From Perkinsus chesapeaki ATCC PRA-425 (taxonomy: Eukaryota > Protista > Perkinsozoa), in contig JAAPAO010000118.1 of NCBI GenBank assembly GCA_013115145.1, forward strand, positions 1 through 64,000: a stretch of DNA of 64,000 bases, written 5' to 3'. Under the pieces are notes generated by a model. It was not told where the DNA came from. It ran no database searches and saw only the letters and a program-made list of their open reading frames with translations. The stretch's first letter is position 1. Each line of letters starts with the position of its first letter. The translations under genes were made by a program, and so were the position numbers. Shown piece by piece: positions 53,701 through 64,000 of the stretch.

Positions 53701-55120
53701 ATGCCCGTATCATCCCATCACTACGGTAAAAGGCCTATTAATGTCGCTGAGTCCAGAGTGATGAAGGTCCCACGGCCACTTCAATCCACGTCAGTGTCAG
53801 CAGCGGCTGCAGCTGCTCTAGCGGCCGCCAAAGGTAACCCTACGCTTCGATACAAGGCTATGTGTTATTAGGGCTTGTCAATGCCAGCTCTGAGTGTCGT
53901 CGAGATGTCCATGGTAACCCTATCGGACTTGGTGCTTTAGCACAGGAGCAGATCACTGCCGAAATGACCGAGCTCGGCGGTAAGATTCATACTAAGCAGT
54001 CTCCTCAGGTTTATTTCAGGACTAGGTGAGACCTCCACAGCCCCGCAACTCTTCACAGCCGAAGTCACTTGCCATAAAGACCTTGCCGGCCGTGTGGGCG
54101 CTAAGACGCTCTCGACAGATTGGTAGATCTTTTGCCTTTAGGTCATTGGAAGCCGTGGCACTAGGATCAGGGAGATACAGGAGCTAACATCTTGCAGGAT
54201 TCATAATGTTACGAGAACCTCTCAGCCTTCCTTCACCATTTTCATCATTAAAGGAAGTGGCGATGGTCGGCTCTGTCTGCCCGAGGAAGGCACTTGCCAG
54301 GTTCCGAGTCCGCTGTTGAACGATGCGTCGCACTTGTTGAGAGAGTAGTCGCTGAAGGCAGGCAAACGGAGGCAGAGGCGTCCAAAACTGCTGCGATGAG
54401 CAAGGATATGGTGAGCGTGTTGCTCCCGGTGTGTTTGGAAGTCATGTCTTAGGTCGTGGTTATTCCTGGTTCGGTGAAACCGTCATTGATCGGACCAAGC
54501 CGATCTGTACTGCGAGCGATCCAACAGGACTCTAGCACCAACATAGTGATAGGTAACCGAAATAGTGCTCGCCGTGCTAGGCTATTCTTACTTAGAGAAG
54601 ACTCCCATTGCGGGTGGTGTTTTCGAAGGTCACGATCTTGGTAGGAAGTACTGTGGTTACTTGGTCACAGTCCGCGGGGCTGATGACGTGAGCCTTGGTC
54701 TGGCCTTCGAGTACATCGCTCAAGTAGTTGCCGGAAGATACCCGATTGACTTGGCGATTTACCGTTGGAAACAGTAAGGGTGTCTGAGGTGTCTGTTGGA
54801 GGGTATGGGATCTCATCAGCGCGATTGGAAGTGAGATTTACCAGAACCTCTCTGTGGAGGAATCCTTGGCTTATCGAACAATGCCTATCGAATGGCTTGA
54901 TTATTGCCTGAGATGCACGGATGCAGTTATGGCCGAATCTGACCTGTTTAAGCGAAGCGAGCTGATCAAGTACATTTGTCATATAAGAGAGAGCTACTTT
55001 ATATCGACGGAAGTGCTCCAATGGGCGCGTCTGAATCACCGAGTGCTTTCCCGATTGGCTGAAGTAATGACTGAGGCAGCGAGGAAGGCTTACTGTAAGG
55101 TGAAGGCTGAGGATGCTTAG
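53701..55120 (+). CDS. KH-domain RNA-binding protein, multi-exon
   Basis: VIGSRGTRIREIQELTSCRIH (KH GxxG) and a degenerate second KH (LIGPSRSVLRAIQQDSSTNIVI); the 3' exon 54806-55120 is linked tentatively through a short intron. Confidence 0.65.
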
Positions 55121-55281
55121 TGGGCCTCAAGTTGTTGTTGTTGTCGGTTACTAGTTCACTGCTGTTCTTAGTGGACATGTTTACTCATTCATGCTATTCA
55201 TGTTGAAGCTTTGTTTCACCGCCGATCAGTTTGGGTTTTCAATTCCGAGGTGGATGGCAGCTTTGCTGTGGTTTGCTTGAA

Positions 55282-56577
55282 ATGGTCGATGCTGCCGCTG
55301 ATAGCAGCGCCAAGAAGCCTACGGATGCAGAGAGGCTGGCTGCGGTTAAGTCGGTGATACCGCCACTGGCTCCTGCGCCGGTCCATCTCAAGGCACTCTA
55401 CGGAAGACCAAGTGTCTTTGCAACGTAATAGTGGAGGGGGGACTGGATTCGTTCAGGGGAGGTTGGTGCCTATGTTGCCTCAGGTACGTTGATGCCGGCC
55501 AAGGTATCGAGGAGCCTGGGGCGTCGGTGCCGGGACCGGGAGCGTACGACGTTCCGCTTGACTCGGTTGGCTGCCCACAGATCCGGTCTCATTGGCGCAA
55601 CGAGGGCGGTGTACCGATCCTGGCGAAGAACGAGAAGTCGTGGTCTCGAGTGTACATTACTAGATCTCATGCGAAGGCTGTAAAGGGTCTGGATGCGCCG
55701 GGTGTTGGGACATACGATTCGGATGGCAGCACACTGAGGAAGGACAAGGGTGTCACCTTCGCAATATCACGGAGACCGGACCTGTCTACCCAACTGGGAG
55801 TGGGGGACCGGGAGAGCCCAGGGCCTGGTTATGTTGACATTCGCGACAAATACGTGGACGGGAATGTTGCATTGAAGCCTTCCTCATCGGTGGCGTTCTC
55901 GTTCAGCAATCGGTTTAGTAAAGGCGCCCCCAATGGGCTGATGGTGGGCCCTGGACAGGTAAGGTGGATAAGCACGGGCTGGGGCGAGGTCTGGCTCTTC
56001 AGTACGGTGATGTCGGTGAGACGGCAATCAATCCGAAAAGGTTGTGCAAGTCGTTCTCGGTTGGACATAGGGCATATGATAAGTAGCTTAGCTGTTGGTG
56101 ATGGTGGCTAGTATAATGGCTCAGGGTGAAGCGTCCAGGATGTGAAGAGGAGAATAAAGGTCGAGCTAGTCGAGGCCCTGGACCACCACTGTGGAGGGAT
56201 ATCAGTAACGCAGTATAGACGGAGTTATTCCTGAGAATGTTGTATCCTCTTCAGTCAAGGAAGGCTCCAAGGCTCATTCGTTCGGTCGGGCAGATCGGTT
56301 CGCTGTGGCAGTGGGGTCGAAAAGTGCCCCTAGTCTCAGAGAGTCGGCACGTTTGCCGGGGCCCGGCCAGTACAGGCCGGAGGATGTCCGGACGTGTATT
56401 GCAATGAAAAGTCGCAAAGTAGGGGAGAGAGCGGTATGACTTGTTGTCATTAGTTATGCACCTCAGCCCTTTGGTGATTATCCCGTGGAGCGCGGGTCAA
56501 AGGAAGTGGGTGGCCGGTCATTACCCGGGCCGGGATGGCTGAAGGAGAGCCGCCTTGCAGATGTAGTTAACAGTTAA
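55282..56577 (+). CDS. SHIPPO/ODF3-like PGPGxY-repeat protein (axonemal-type)
   Basis: Repeats PGPGAYD, APGVGTYD, SPGPGYVD, VGPGQ, PGPGQY, LPGPGW. Confidence 0.75.
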
Positions 56578-56987
56578 AACCGCTCATTAGTTAAGGGAAC
56601 CGCTGCAGGTCCGGAATCCCTCAACTACAAAGTTTGGGAAGCCCCCGATTAAGGGCCGGTTGAACTTTCGAGCCCTTCTCATATGTAAAGACCGTGTCTG
56701 GGGTGTTGGCTGAGTGGTAGTCTCAAGCACTGCTGTATCATAGCATGTTATGTATGTTATATCGTTGTTGTTCATGAGCGTATTCTGTATGCATTTTACC
56801 AAAGATTGCTGGAAGTAGTTGAGTTTATAGGGAGCGAGTTGCATTGTGATAAGATAAGACCCGTCGAATGGGATACAAGTTGATCTCGGATGTGTTGCAA
56901 TTGGTCTGGGATATACACGGCCTTACAGGGATCACCGTGTTGACTTGCTGTATCACAAAGTATCTGCTAGTTAAAAAGGGTATTAAA

Positions 56988-57059
56988 AGGTCCTATCGGG
57001 ATTTGAACCCGAGTCGCTGGATTCAAAGTCCAGAGTGCTAACCACTACACTATAGGACC
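56988..57059 (-). tRNA. tRNA-Gln(UUG)
   Basis: Cloverleaf with CTGGA CTTTGAA TCCAG anticodon arm and TTCAAAT T-loop, followed by T-runs. Confidence 0.97.
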
Positions 57060-57197
57060 AACCTACTTGTTGGTGTCTCAGCCGAATACACCCGTTGGCG
57101 CGAAGGCCACGCTATTGCAAACGGCAACCCTGGAAAACCGCCAACTCTTCTAGTGGAGCAACCCTATCAGTTGCAAGTGTCATTGTTTATATGAACT

Positions 57198-59104
57198 ATG
57201 GTTGATAAAACGATTGCATCTCAACCGACATCAGAGAAGGAAGAGCAATTCCGCGAGGCTATTCGGCAGTACTTCACATCCACGACACGGTGTACGGACG
57301 AGCAGCAGCAGAAAGTGAGCAGCAGGCTGGTAGAGCATCCACGTGTGGCATTCTGCCGTGTTTTAGGCCGATGGGAATATAGAGGAGAAGGTCGATGCAG
57401 CTGTACGAGAATTGAAGAAAACTTTGAGAGCTTCGCTTCTAGGTAGGGCGAGGATGGGGGAACTGCTCAATCAGTATCGAGAGGCATTTTAAGAACAAGA
57501 TTCGGGGGCTAGGGTCCATAGTTAGGACCGGAACTATGCCATATATCGTGATGAGCCGAATCCGCATACCATAGCGGTCCGCTAGAATATGCGGACTTGT
57601 CCGCTAGGAGCGGAGGCTGCCGGTCAGACACCACTCCCGATCGACTTGGTGCGGGATTTAGTACACGCAATTAGTTCTCATTGCTGCTCTACTCTGAAGG
57701 GTTTAGCTCTCCCAAATGCACATTCCGGTAGTCTCATTGATTCCGTCGTCATTTTCAGATGACAAAGACATGACGCGAGATGACATCTCCGAAATTATCC
57801 AGTCCATCCAAGCTGAGGACGAGGACCTCGACGCTACACTGAAATCAGATCACGGCGCAATTCTGCCTTTGATAGACGAATGGGTGTCCAGCTCGATACC
57901 TAGTACCCAAAGGAAGGGTATGCTGCTGTGTATTCGAGCCCTGCTCACACCGATGTCGTCGAATCCAGAGCTCCTGCAGTCCTTATACGACTCTGGCTTA
58001 GCAGAGCGAATCATCCTTACTGGGCTAGACTGCCGGGAATACTCTTGGTTGGCTGGTTTCCTATTAATGACGGAAAAAGAATCACCAATGAGTAGGGACG
58101 CCAAGCTGGAGGGCCTCTCGCAGAAGGATATGAATGCTCTCCGAGATGCCATGCGGAAGATCGAGGGAGGGCCGCGATTCATCCAATTTGGTGACGAGGA
58201 TCGCGTGCGAGTGCTACGACGGGCTGTGGGAACTAAGGAGGGCGTGAAGGCCCTGGCGAAGGGAAAGTGCTCGGTCGGCTTGGCTCTGCTTTGTATAGAT
58301 CAGAAGAATAGACCTGTTGTGGCTCAAGGAGGGCTCGGTGTCCTTCTTAAAGGGTTAGACGCTCCCAGTAGCGCAACGTTTGCTGATACAGCAGTGCTGT
58401 GTCGGCAAGCAGCTTGCCAGATTGCGGCATCGGTCGATCCACGGACGCTGACCTACGTCCAGAGCACGACGATTGCTATAGCGTGTCTAAAGCAAATACC
58501 GGCAGCCACGAACGAACTTGAAGAGTATGAGGCGGCGCGTGCCCTCGTCGGCATCACTTCTGTTGGGGCGGAGCTCCGGGACTTCATAGCGAATAAGGGG
58601 GCATGGGACATAGTGAAGGAGTTGGTGTTCAGTCCGAATGAGCGAGTTCAAGGGATGGCGCTGGATGTTTTGTGCAACCTTGTCTCCGCCGATAAGATAC
58701 GGTCTAGGTTTCTCGACTCGAGCGGTGCTGCACAAGAGGATTTCAGGATACTTACCGCGTTCGCTTCAAGTGATTCGGTGGAAATCCGGACGGCTGCTAC
58801 GGGAGCCCTTGCTAAACTGCTGGTTAGTGATGACGAGGACCGAGGCTTCCCGATCGCACACATGGCCTCCGCCAACAAGAATACCATCCCTTTACTGGCC
58901 AAGATACTTCTCAACGAGAAGGAAAATATGGGCGTTCGATACAGAGCTGCTTCGGCGGCAGAAGCCATTATAGTGTCCGAGGTTCAGGGGAGTCAGATAC
59001 TGATTGACGCATTCAGAAAATGCAACATTGGAGGCGAGGATCCCGAAAGCAAGGCCATGCAAGAGCTTGTAGAAGAGACTTTAAAAATGTGTGAAGATGT
59101 TTGA
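57198..59104 (+). CDS. UCS-domain (UNC-45/She4/CRO1-like) myosin chaperone
   Basis: ARM-like motifs RPVVAQGGLGVLL, RQAACQIAASVDP and EYEAARALVGITS...VQGMALDVLCNL match the UNC-45 UCS region. Confidence 0.75.
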
Positions 59105-59250
59105 TGATGATATTGCAAGATACTATTATCGTTTCGTTTGCTGATTTATCTCAAGTGTCGTGCATGTGGAGTCAATTAGCTTTATATAGGATATTGAGTT
59201 AGGGATAGTTTGATAATATAGACTGCAGGGGGGTTGATAAGATATAAGAG

Positions 59251-60890
59251 ATGTCCCATGAAGACATAAGCCAGAATGATTTCCAAGGGGCAATCAACCT
59301 AGTCCAAGGAATGGGTATGAGCAAAGATACAAATGGCAAGAAGAAGTCTCCAGTGAGCCACACTAGAGCTTTCAATCAAATAACGCCGGTAGGTTCGGAA
59401 GCTCCTCGACGAGGCCTACTCTCTACAAAACCTGCTCAACCGCCCTGGTGGGGTCAAGCTTGAAGCACAGCTGAATCGCCAGTGCTCCAAGTAAAAGCAC
59501 TAGTGTGTGAGTTTCAATACCGAGGCCGGAACTTCCCAGACGCTGGCACTATCGATGTGTTCGTGGAAGGCTCACTTCGACATGTTTTTGTTGGGAGTGA
59601 AACGTATTACTAGATATCGCCTGCTCGAGACTGCAGGCAGAGTCAGTGAACTAGTAGACCCCTTCCTCATTCACCTTCCCAGTTTGGTGCTTGCAATCTG
59701 ACGAAGTTAAGCAACGTGATCATGGGAACCAGCTATGGTCCTGTGGTGAATCTACCGATACTTGAAATATTCACATTACAGTGATTACTGAGGGGTGAAT
59801 CTATGCAGGTTCATTTCTATCGTGGTTCAGCTGTGCCATGACACGGAAGCAGGTTACGTTTGTCCCGATGACTTTGATAGGAAAGCTCCGGACTACCACC
59901 AAAGGGTAACTAAATACAACCAGCCTAAGCTACACCTACCTCAACTGGGTGCAGCTCAATGAAAGCCACGGGTCTGGTCGAGCTTGCGCTGAAAATTCTG
60001 ACGAGACTCCTGTGTCGCATTGAGATGCGTACATCTCGCTTTGTGTCAGATATCCGCACTGAGAGGTGAAGTTGAAGCTTTTGAGCGCCGCATTGCAGCG
60101 GCCCAGGGTGCACCACCACCTAGAAATGGTGTCATTCGACGGATAGGTGAAGTCAATGATCCAACAGAGGAGAACGACGTCATTCCTGAAAGCAAGCCCG
60201 ATGATGGGCATGACGGGGAATGCATCACTGAAGAGGTTCGTCTTCGCCGTAGCATAGGGTCTTATGCCTTCACAGATCATCCTCAAAGGTAGGGTGTTCC
60301 CAGCTCAAAACAGCAGTAACAGTTTCACGCTCGGTGCTTTCGCGGGTGACGAGCTCGAGACTTGTACAGCGGTTAACGTGCTAGTGGCTACACTACGAAG
60401 ACTACCGAGTAGCGGTGAAGTGAAGGCCGAGAGGATGGTAATGTGCATTCGGTTCTGCGTTGTGATTTCTATTTGATCAGGGTGTAGATGAAGTTGAAGC
60501 CTTGCAAAAAGACATTGTTGAAGTGGATCTGAGAAGTAAAACGGAATACCAGCTTTTCCTGGCCGAGAAGATCCGTTTAATCACGTTCGTTCCAGTACCA
60601 TAACATATTTTATCATTCATGTAGCCTCCATATGGCTGTAAGATTTAGCATAGGAAGTCTCATTGCGAAGGTCCCACGTAGTTAGATTTCTTAGGCTCCG
60701 GTATCACAGCACAAGGCTTGCAGACACTGTTGCCTGCCATCGCCACCGAAGGTCTCTTGCCTTCTCTAGAGCTCCTACGACTTGACCAACAACTTGTCGA
60801 CACCAAAATGGTGACCATGTTGATAAAAGGGTTTCGAGCCTTTAGAGAGGATGTTGTCGTCAGCTCATGTCCCCATCCATGATGATCATT
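59251..60890 (+). CDS. Hypothetical multi-exon protein
   Basis: ATG at 59251 and several GT-AG-bounded open segments; no domain recognised. Confidence 0.35.
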
Positions 60891-60945
60891 GAAACTAAAG
60901 ATTGTGTTCGAATGTCCCCACCATAAGTCGAGGACGCGCTTGTGC

Positions 60946-60957
60946 GCATGCGTGCAA
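60946..60957. promoter_or_regulatory. Candidate upstream motif GCATGCGTGCAA, identical copy at 62573-62584
   Basis: The same 12-mer lies upstream of both MDH-like genes in otherwise unalignable DNA. Confidence 0.45.
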
Positions 60958-61318
60958 GTTTTTTGTGTTCTGCGAGCTCCCCCTTTATCGCCTTTTACGG
61001 TGCCTTCAAACGGCAGGAAGCCTGTTACTTCAACTTCGTGTATTCATCAAAAGCCTGCTCTTTCTGAATACCATCCTTCCAGCAAAGCACGTACAGTCAG
61101 GTCTCGAGGAGCTGCGCAACCCCTCGGGCGATGGCTGCAACGGACGCGCTAGACACAGCCGGGGCTGTGCGGAGCTGTGGTGGAGCTGTCCCAAAGCTTA
61201 GGATACTCGTGAAATCAACAGTAATCAGGTCAGGCTCTTTTTATTCTTGCTGTTCGGTTCTAGATTAAAAGTTATCTTTCAGCTTCTTTTCAATTTACAT
61301 TTAACTGTTCCTCTTATA

Positions 61319-62284
61319 ATGAGTTCCACCACTGGTATGAAGGTCACTCTCGTTGGTGCCTCAGGCGCTATCGGTATGCCTCTCTCTTTGTTGTTGAAGA
61401 TGAACACTATGATCACCGACCTTGCCCTTTACGATGTTAAACAGGCTCGTGTCCCTGTTGCTGGTGTTGCTGCTGATGACTCCCATATCAACTCGCCCGC
61501 CAAGGTCAAGGGTTATGCTGGTCCCGAGCAGATCGAGGCTGCCCTAACCGGCGCCAATGTCATCGTTTGCACTGCTGGTATCGCCCAAAAGCCTGGTATG
61601 TCCAGAGACGATCTCTTCAATGTCAACGCTGGTATCATGCGTGATCTCGCTACTGCCTTCGCCAAGTATGCTCCTAAGGCTGTTGTCTGCATCTTGTCGA
61701 ACCCTGAGACTTGCCTGGTTCCAATCACTGCTGAGGTTTACAAGAAGGCTGGTGTATATGACTCTCGAAAGATTGTTGGTATTACCACCTTGGATGTTAC
61801 TCGTGCCAGAACCTTCTATGCCGAGGCTACTGGTTTGGATGTCGAAAAGGTCGATGTCCCTGTTGTCGGTGGTCACGGTGGTTGCGCCATTCTTCCTCTC
61901 TTCTCCAAGGCCACTCCATACGTCAAGCTTGATGAGGATACTATCAACAAGCTTGATGAGCATGTTCAAAACGCAGTTACTGAGGTTGTTGATGCGCTCG
62001 CTGGTGCCGGCTCCGCTAGTCTTTCTATGGCTTACTCTGCTGCCCAGTTTGTGGATATTGTTATCCGAGGATTAAAGGGTGAATCCCATACTGCCTGCGC
62101 CTATGTCAACGAGCCCTATGAGGACGTACAGTTCTTCGCTCATATCTGCGTCTTTGGCCCTAATGGTGTTGAGAAGGTCGAGAAACTCGACAACTTATCT
62201 CCTCATGAGAAGGAGAGAATGGGCGAGACTCTCGCAAAGCTCCGTGAAGATATTAAGAGGGGACTTGATTTCATTGACCACTAA
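61319..62284 (+). CDS. Mitochondrial/glyoxysomal-type malate dehydrogenase-family enzyme with Gln at the Arg102 position; no presequence
   Basis: [51 protein letters not shown]. Confidence 0.93.
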   Translation: MSSTTGMKVTLVGASGAIGMPLSLLLKMNTMITDLALYDVKQARVPVAGVAADDSHINSPAKVKGYAGPEQIEAALTGANVIVCTAGIAQKPGMSRDDLFNVNAGIMRDLATAFAKYAPKAVVCILSNPETCLVPITAEVYKKAGVYDSRKIVGITTLDVTRARTFYAEATGLDVEKVDVPVVGGHGGCAILPLFSKATPYVKLDEDTINKLDEHVQNAVTEVVDALAGAGSASLSMAYSAAQFVDIVIRGLKGESHTACAYVNEPYEDVQFFAHICVFGPNGVEKVEKLDNLSPHEKERMGETLAKLREDIKRGLDFIDH

Positions 62285-62832
62285 GAGTAAATCTTATTTT
62301 AAAGGCTTAGGATGAGTTCCTTTCGCCGTTTCCGAAACACTTGGTAGTTACTGTTGTCGTTTCTTACTCCATTATTAATTACGTTACTCGTTCACACTAC
62401 CATCAGAGGTAGGTGTAGAACAACAACATAAAGTGGCCTAAGGCCCATATTACTGATAAGGTTTAGTAGCCTTTCATCACTGTTATTCGTTTAGTGTTGA
62501 GTTGGACAGTAAACGAAGTGAGGTGTGGACGTGGTCATTCGAGCAGGGCACGCATGTGCAAACGATTATTGTGCATGCGTGCAAAATCGATTCTCACTCT
62601 TCGCTGGTCTATTGGAGGTATTGTATACGAGCGATGGTCGTTTTTGTTGTAAGTTCACTTATAATCACCTCTATCGACTCGATAGTTGTTCGTGGTGATA
62701 CCACTCGTTCCATTCTGAGTAGTATTTGCCATCTTCGAATAGGGCGCGCCAGAAAGCCAGCTATGGCCATTCTTTACGCTACGTTGCGGATGTCTGGACG
62801 TTGTTTTCGCAGGTAGTATTTTGTTGTAAACT

Positions 62833-63801
62833 ATGAAGGTCTGTCTCGTTGGTGCTGCGGGTGGCATCGGAAGGCCTCTTGCCCTTCTGCTCAAGATGAA
62901 CCCTGAAATCGACGAACTTGCCCTCTACGATGTTCCCGGTGCACGATTCCCTATTCCAGGCTGCGTTGCCGATCTTTCTCATATCAACACCCCTGCGAAG
63001 GTCAAGGGTTATGAAGGCTTCGATCAGATAGCGGAATGCCTCACGGGCGCTGATATGATTATTGTCACTGCCGGTATCGCACAGAAGCCTGGTATGACCA
63101 GAGATGATCTCTTTAGTGTCAATGCCAGGATCATGCGCGACCTCGCTTACAAGTTCGCCAAGTATGCCCCTAAGGCCCTTGTATGCATCATGTCCAATCC
63201 TGAGACTGCTCTGGTGCCTATTACTTGTGACGTCTTCAAGCAGGTTGGTGTATTCGACAAGAGGAAGGTTATGGGTCTCATGAGCCTCGACGTGACTCGT
63301 GCCAGAACGTTCTACGCCGAGGCTTCTGGACAAGATGTGGAGAAGGTCGATGTTCCTGTTATAGGTGGCCACGGTGGTTGTGCTATCCTCCCTGTCTTCT
63401 CGCATGCCACCCCTTATGTCAAGCTCGATGATGACACAATTGCTAAGCTCGATGATCATGTTCAGAACGCTGTCACTGAGGTTGTTGACGCCCTAGCTGG
63501 CGCGGGATCAGCCACCCTCTCTATGGCTTACGCTGCCAACAGATTTACTCAGATTTTGATTGGCGCCTTGAAGGGGAGACCTGCTAAAGCATCTGCCTAT
63601 ATCGAGGAACCGTATCAAGATGTAAAGTACTTCGCCCATTACTGCGATTTTGGACCAGAAGGAGTGTCCAAGATCCACGAACTGAGCCTCTCTCCATTTG
63701 AGCAGTCTAGGTTACCTGATACACTTGACAAACTACGTAATGATATCGCCAGAGGGTTAGAGTTCATGAGAAGGCCATCACAGATTGTTCTCACTGAGTA
63801 A
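62833..63801 (+). CDS. Tandem paralog MDH-family enzyme, also with Gln at the Arg102 position
   Basis: [47 protein letters not shown]. Confidence 0.93.
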   Translation: MKVCLVGAAGGIGRPLALLLKMNPEIDELALYDVPGARFPIPGCVADLSHINTPAKVKGYEGFDQIAECLTGADMIIVTAGIAQKPGMTRDDLFSVNARIMRDLAYKFAKYAPKALVCIMSNPETALVPITCDVFKQVGVFDKRKVMGLMSLDVTRARTFYAEASGQDVEKVDVPVIGGHGGCAILPVFSHATPYVKLDDDTIAKLDDHVQNAVTEVVDALAGAGSATLSMAYAANRFTQILIGALKGRPAKASAYIEEPYQDVKYFAHYCDFGPEGVSKIHELSLSPFEQSRLPDTLDKLRNDIARGLEFMRRPSQIVLTE

Positions 63802-64000
63802 GACAGTCGTGGCTCATAGAAAGGAATATCACTTTCACAAGAGTATTATGGTATGACTATTATTCATTAAAAGCGTAACCGTGAGAGATTACCCTACAAA
63901 CACGGAGCTTATTCGCTTCTTTCCTCAACCGACTTGAGTTAGTTGTCAAGTAACAAGGTGTGGTCATCTGTGTGGGTGCGATTCGGCACAGGCGTACTTC

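Overview
This is compact eukaryotic protist DNA with short GT-AG introns and no bacterial features. Gene content and style point to an alveolate, most likely Perkinsus (inference). Housekeeping genes include BRAP2, PP2C, RecQ, CBP20, a PDE12/CCR4-like nuclease, an inward-rectifier K+ channel, a KH protein, a SHIPPO/ODF3-repeat protein, an UNC-45-like chaperone, tRNA-Ile(UAU) and tRNA-Gln(UUG). These are interleaved with duplicated secreted-protein families: two catalytically dead GH18 proteins, a ~9 kb cluster of modular Cys/Thr-rich mucin-like genes, and an aspartic protease with a pseudogene copy. Two observations stand out. (1) A stereotyped 22-bp scar occurs 9 times perfectly and at least 5 times with one mismatch: an 8-mer X appears as X1-7, then the reverse complement of X1-8, then X2-8. 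Two paralogous empty sites in the window show a single 8-mer as the ancestral state, which matches hairpin-mediated hAT-type excision footprints with an unusually uniform repair outcome. (2) Two tandem mitochondrial-type MDH paralogs both carry Gln at the Arg102 specificity position, suggesting an independent MDH-to-LDH-like switch. Exon boundaries were read by eye and many 5' ends are approximate.
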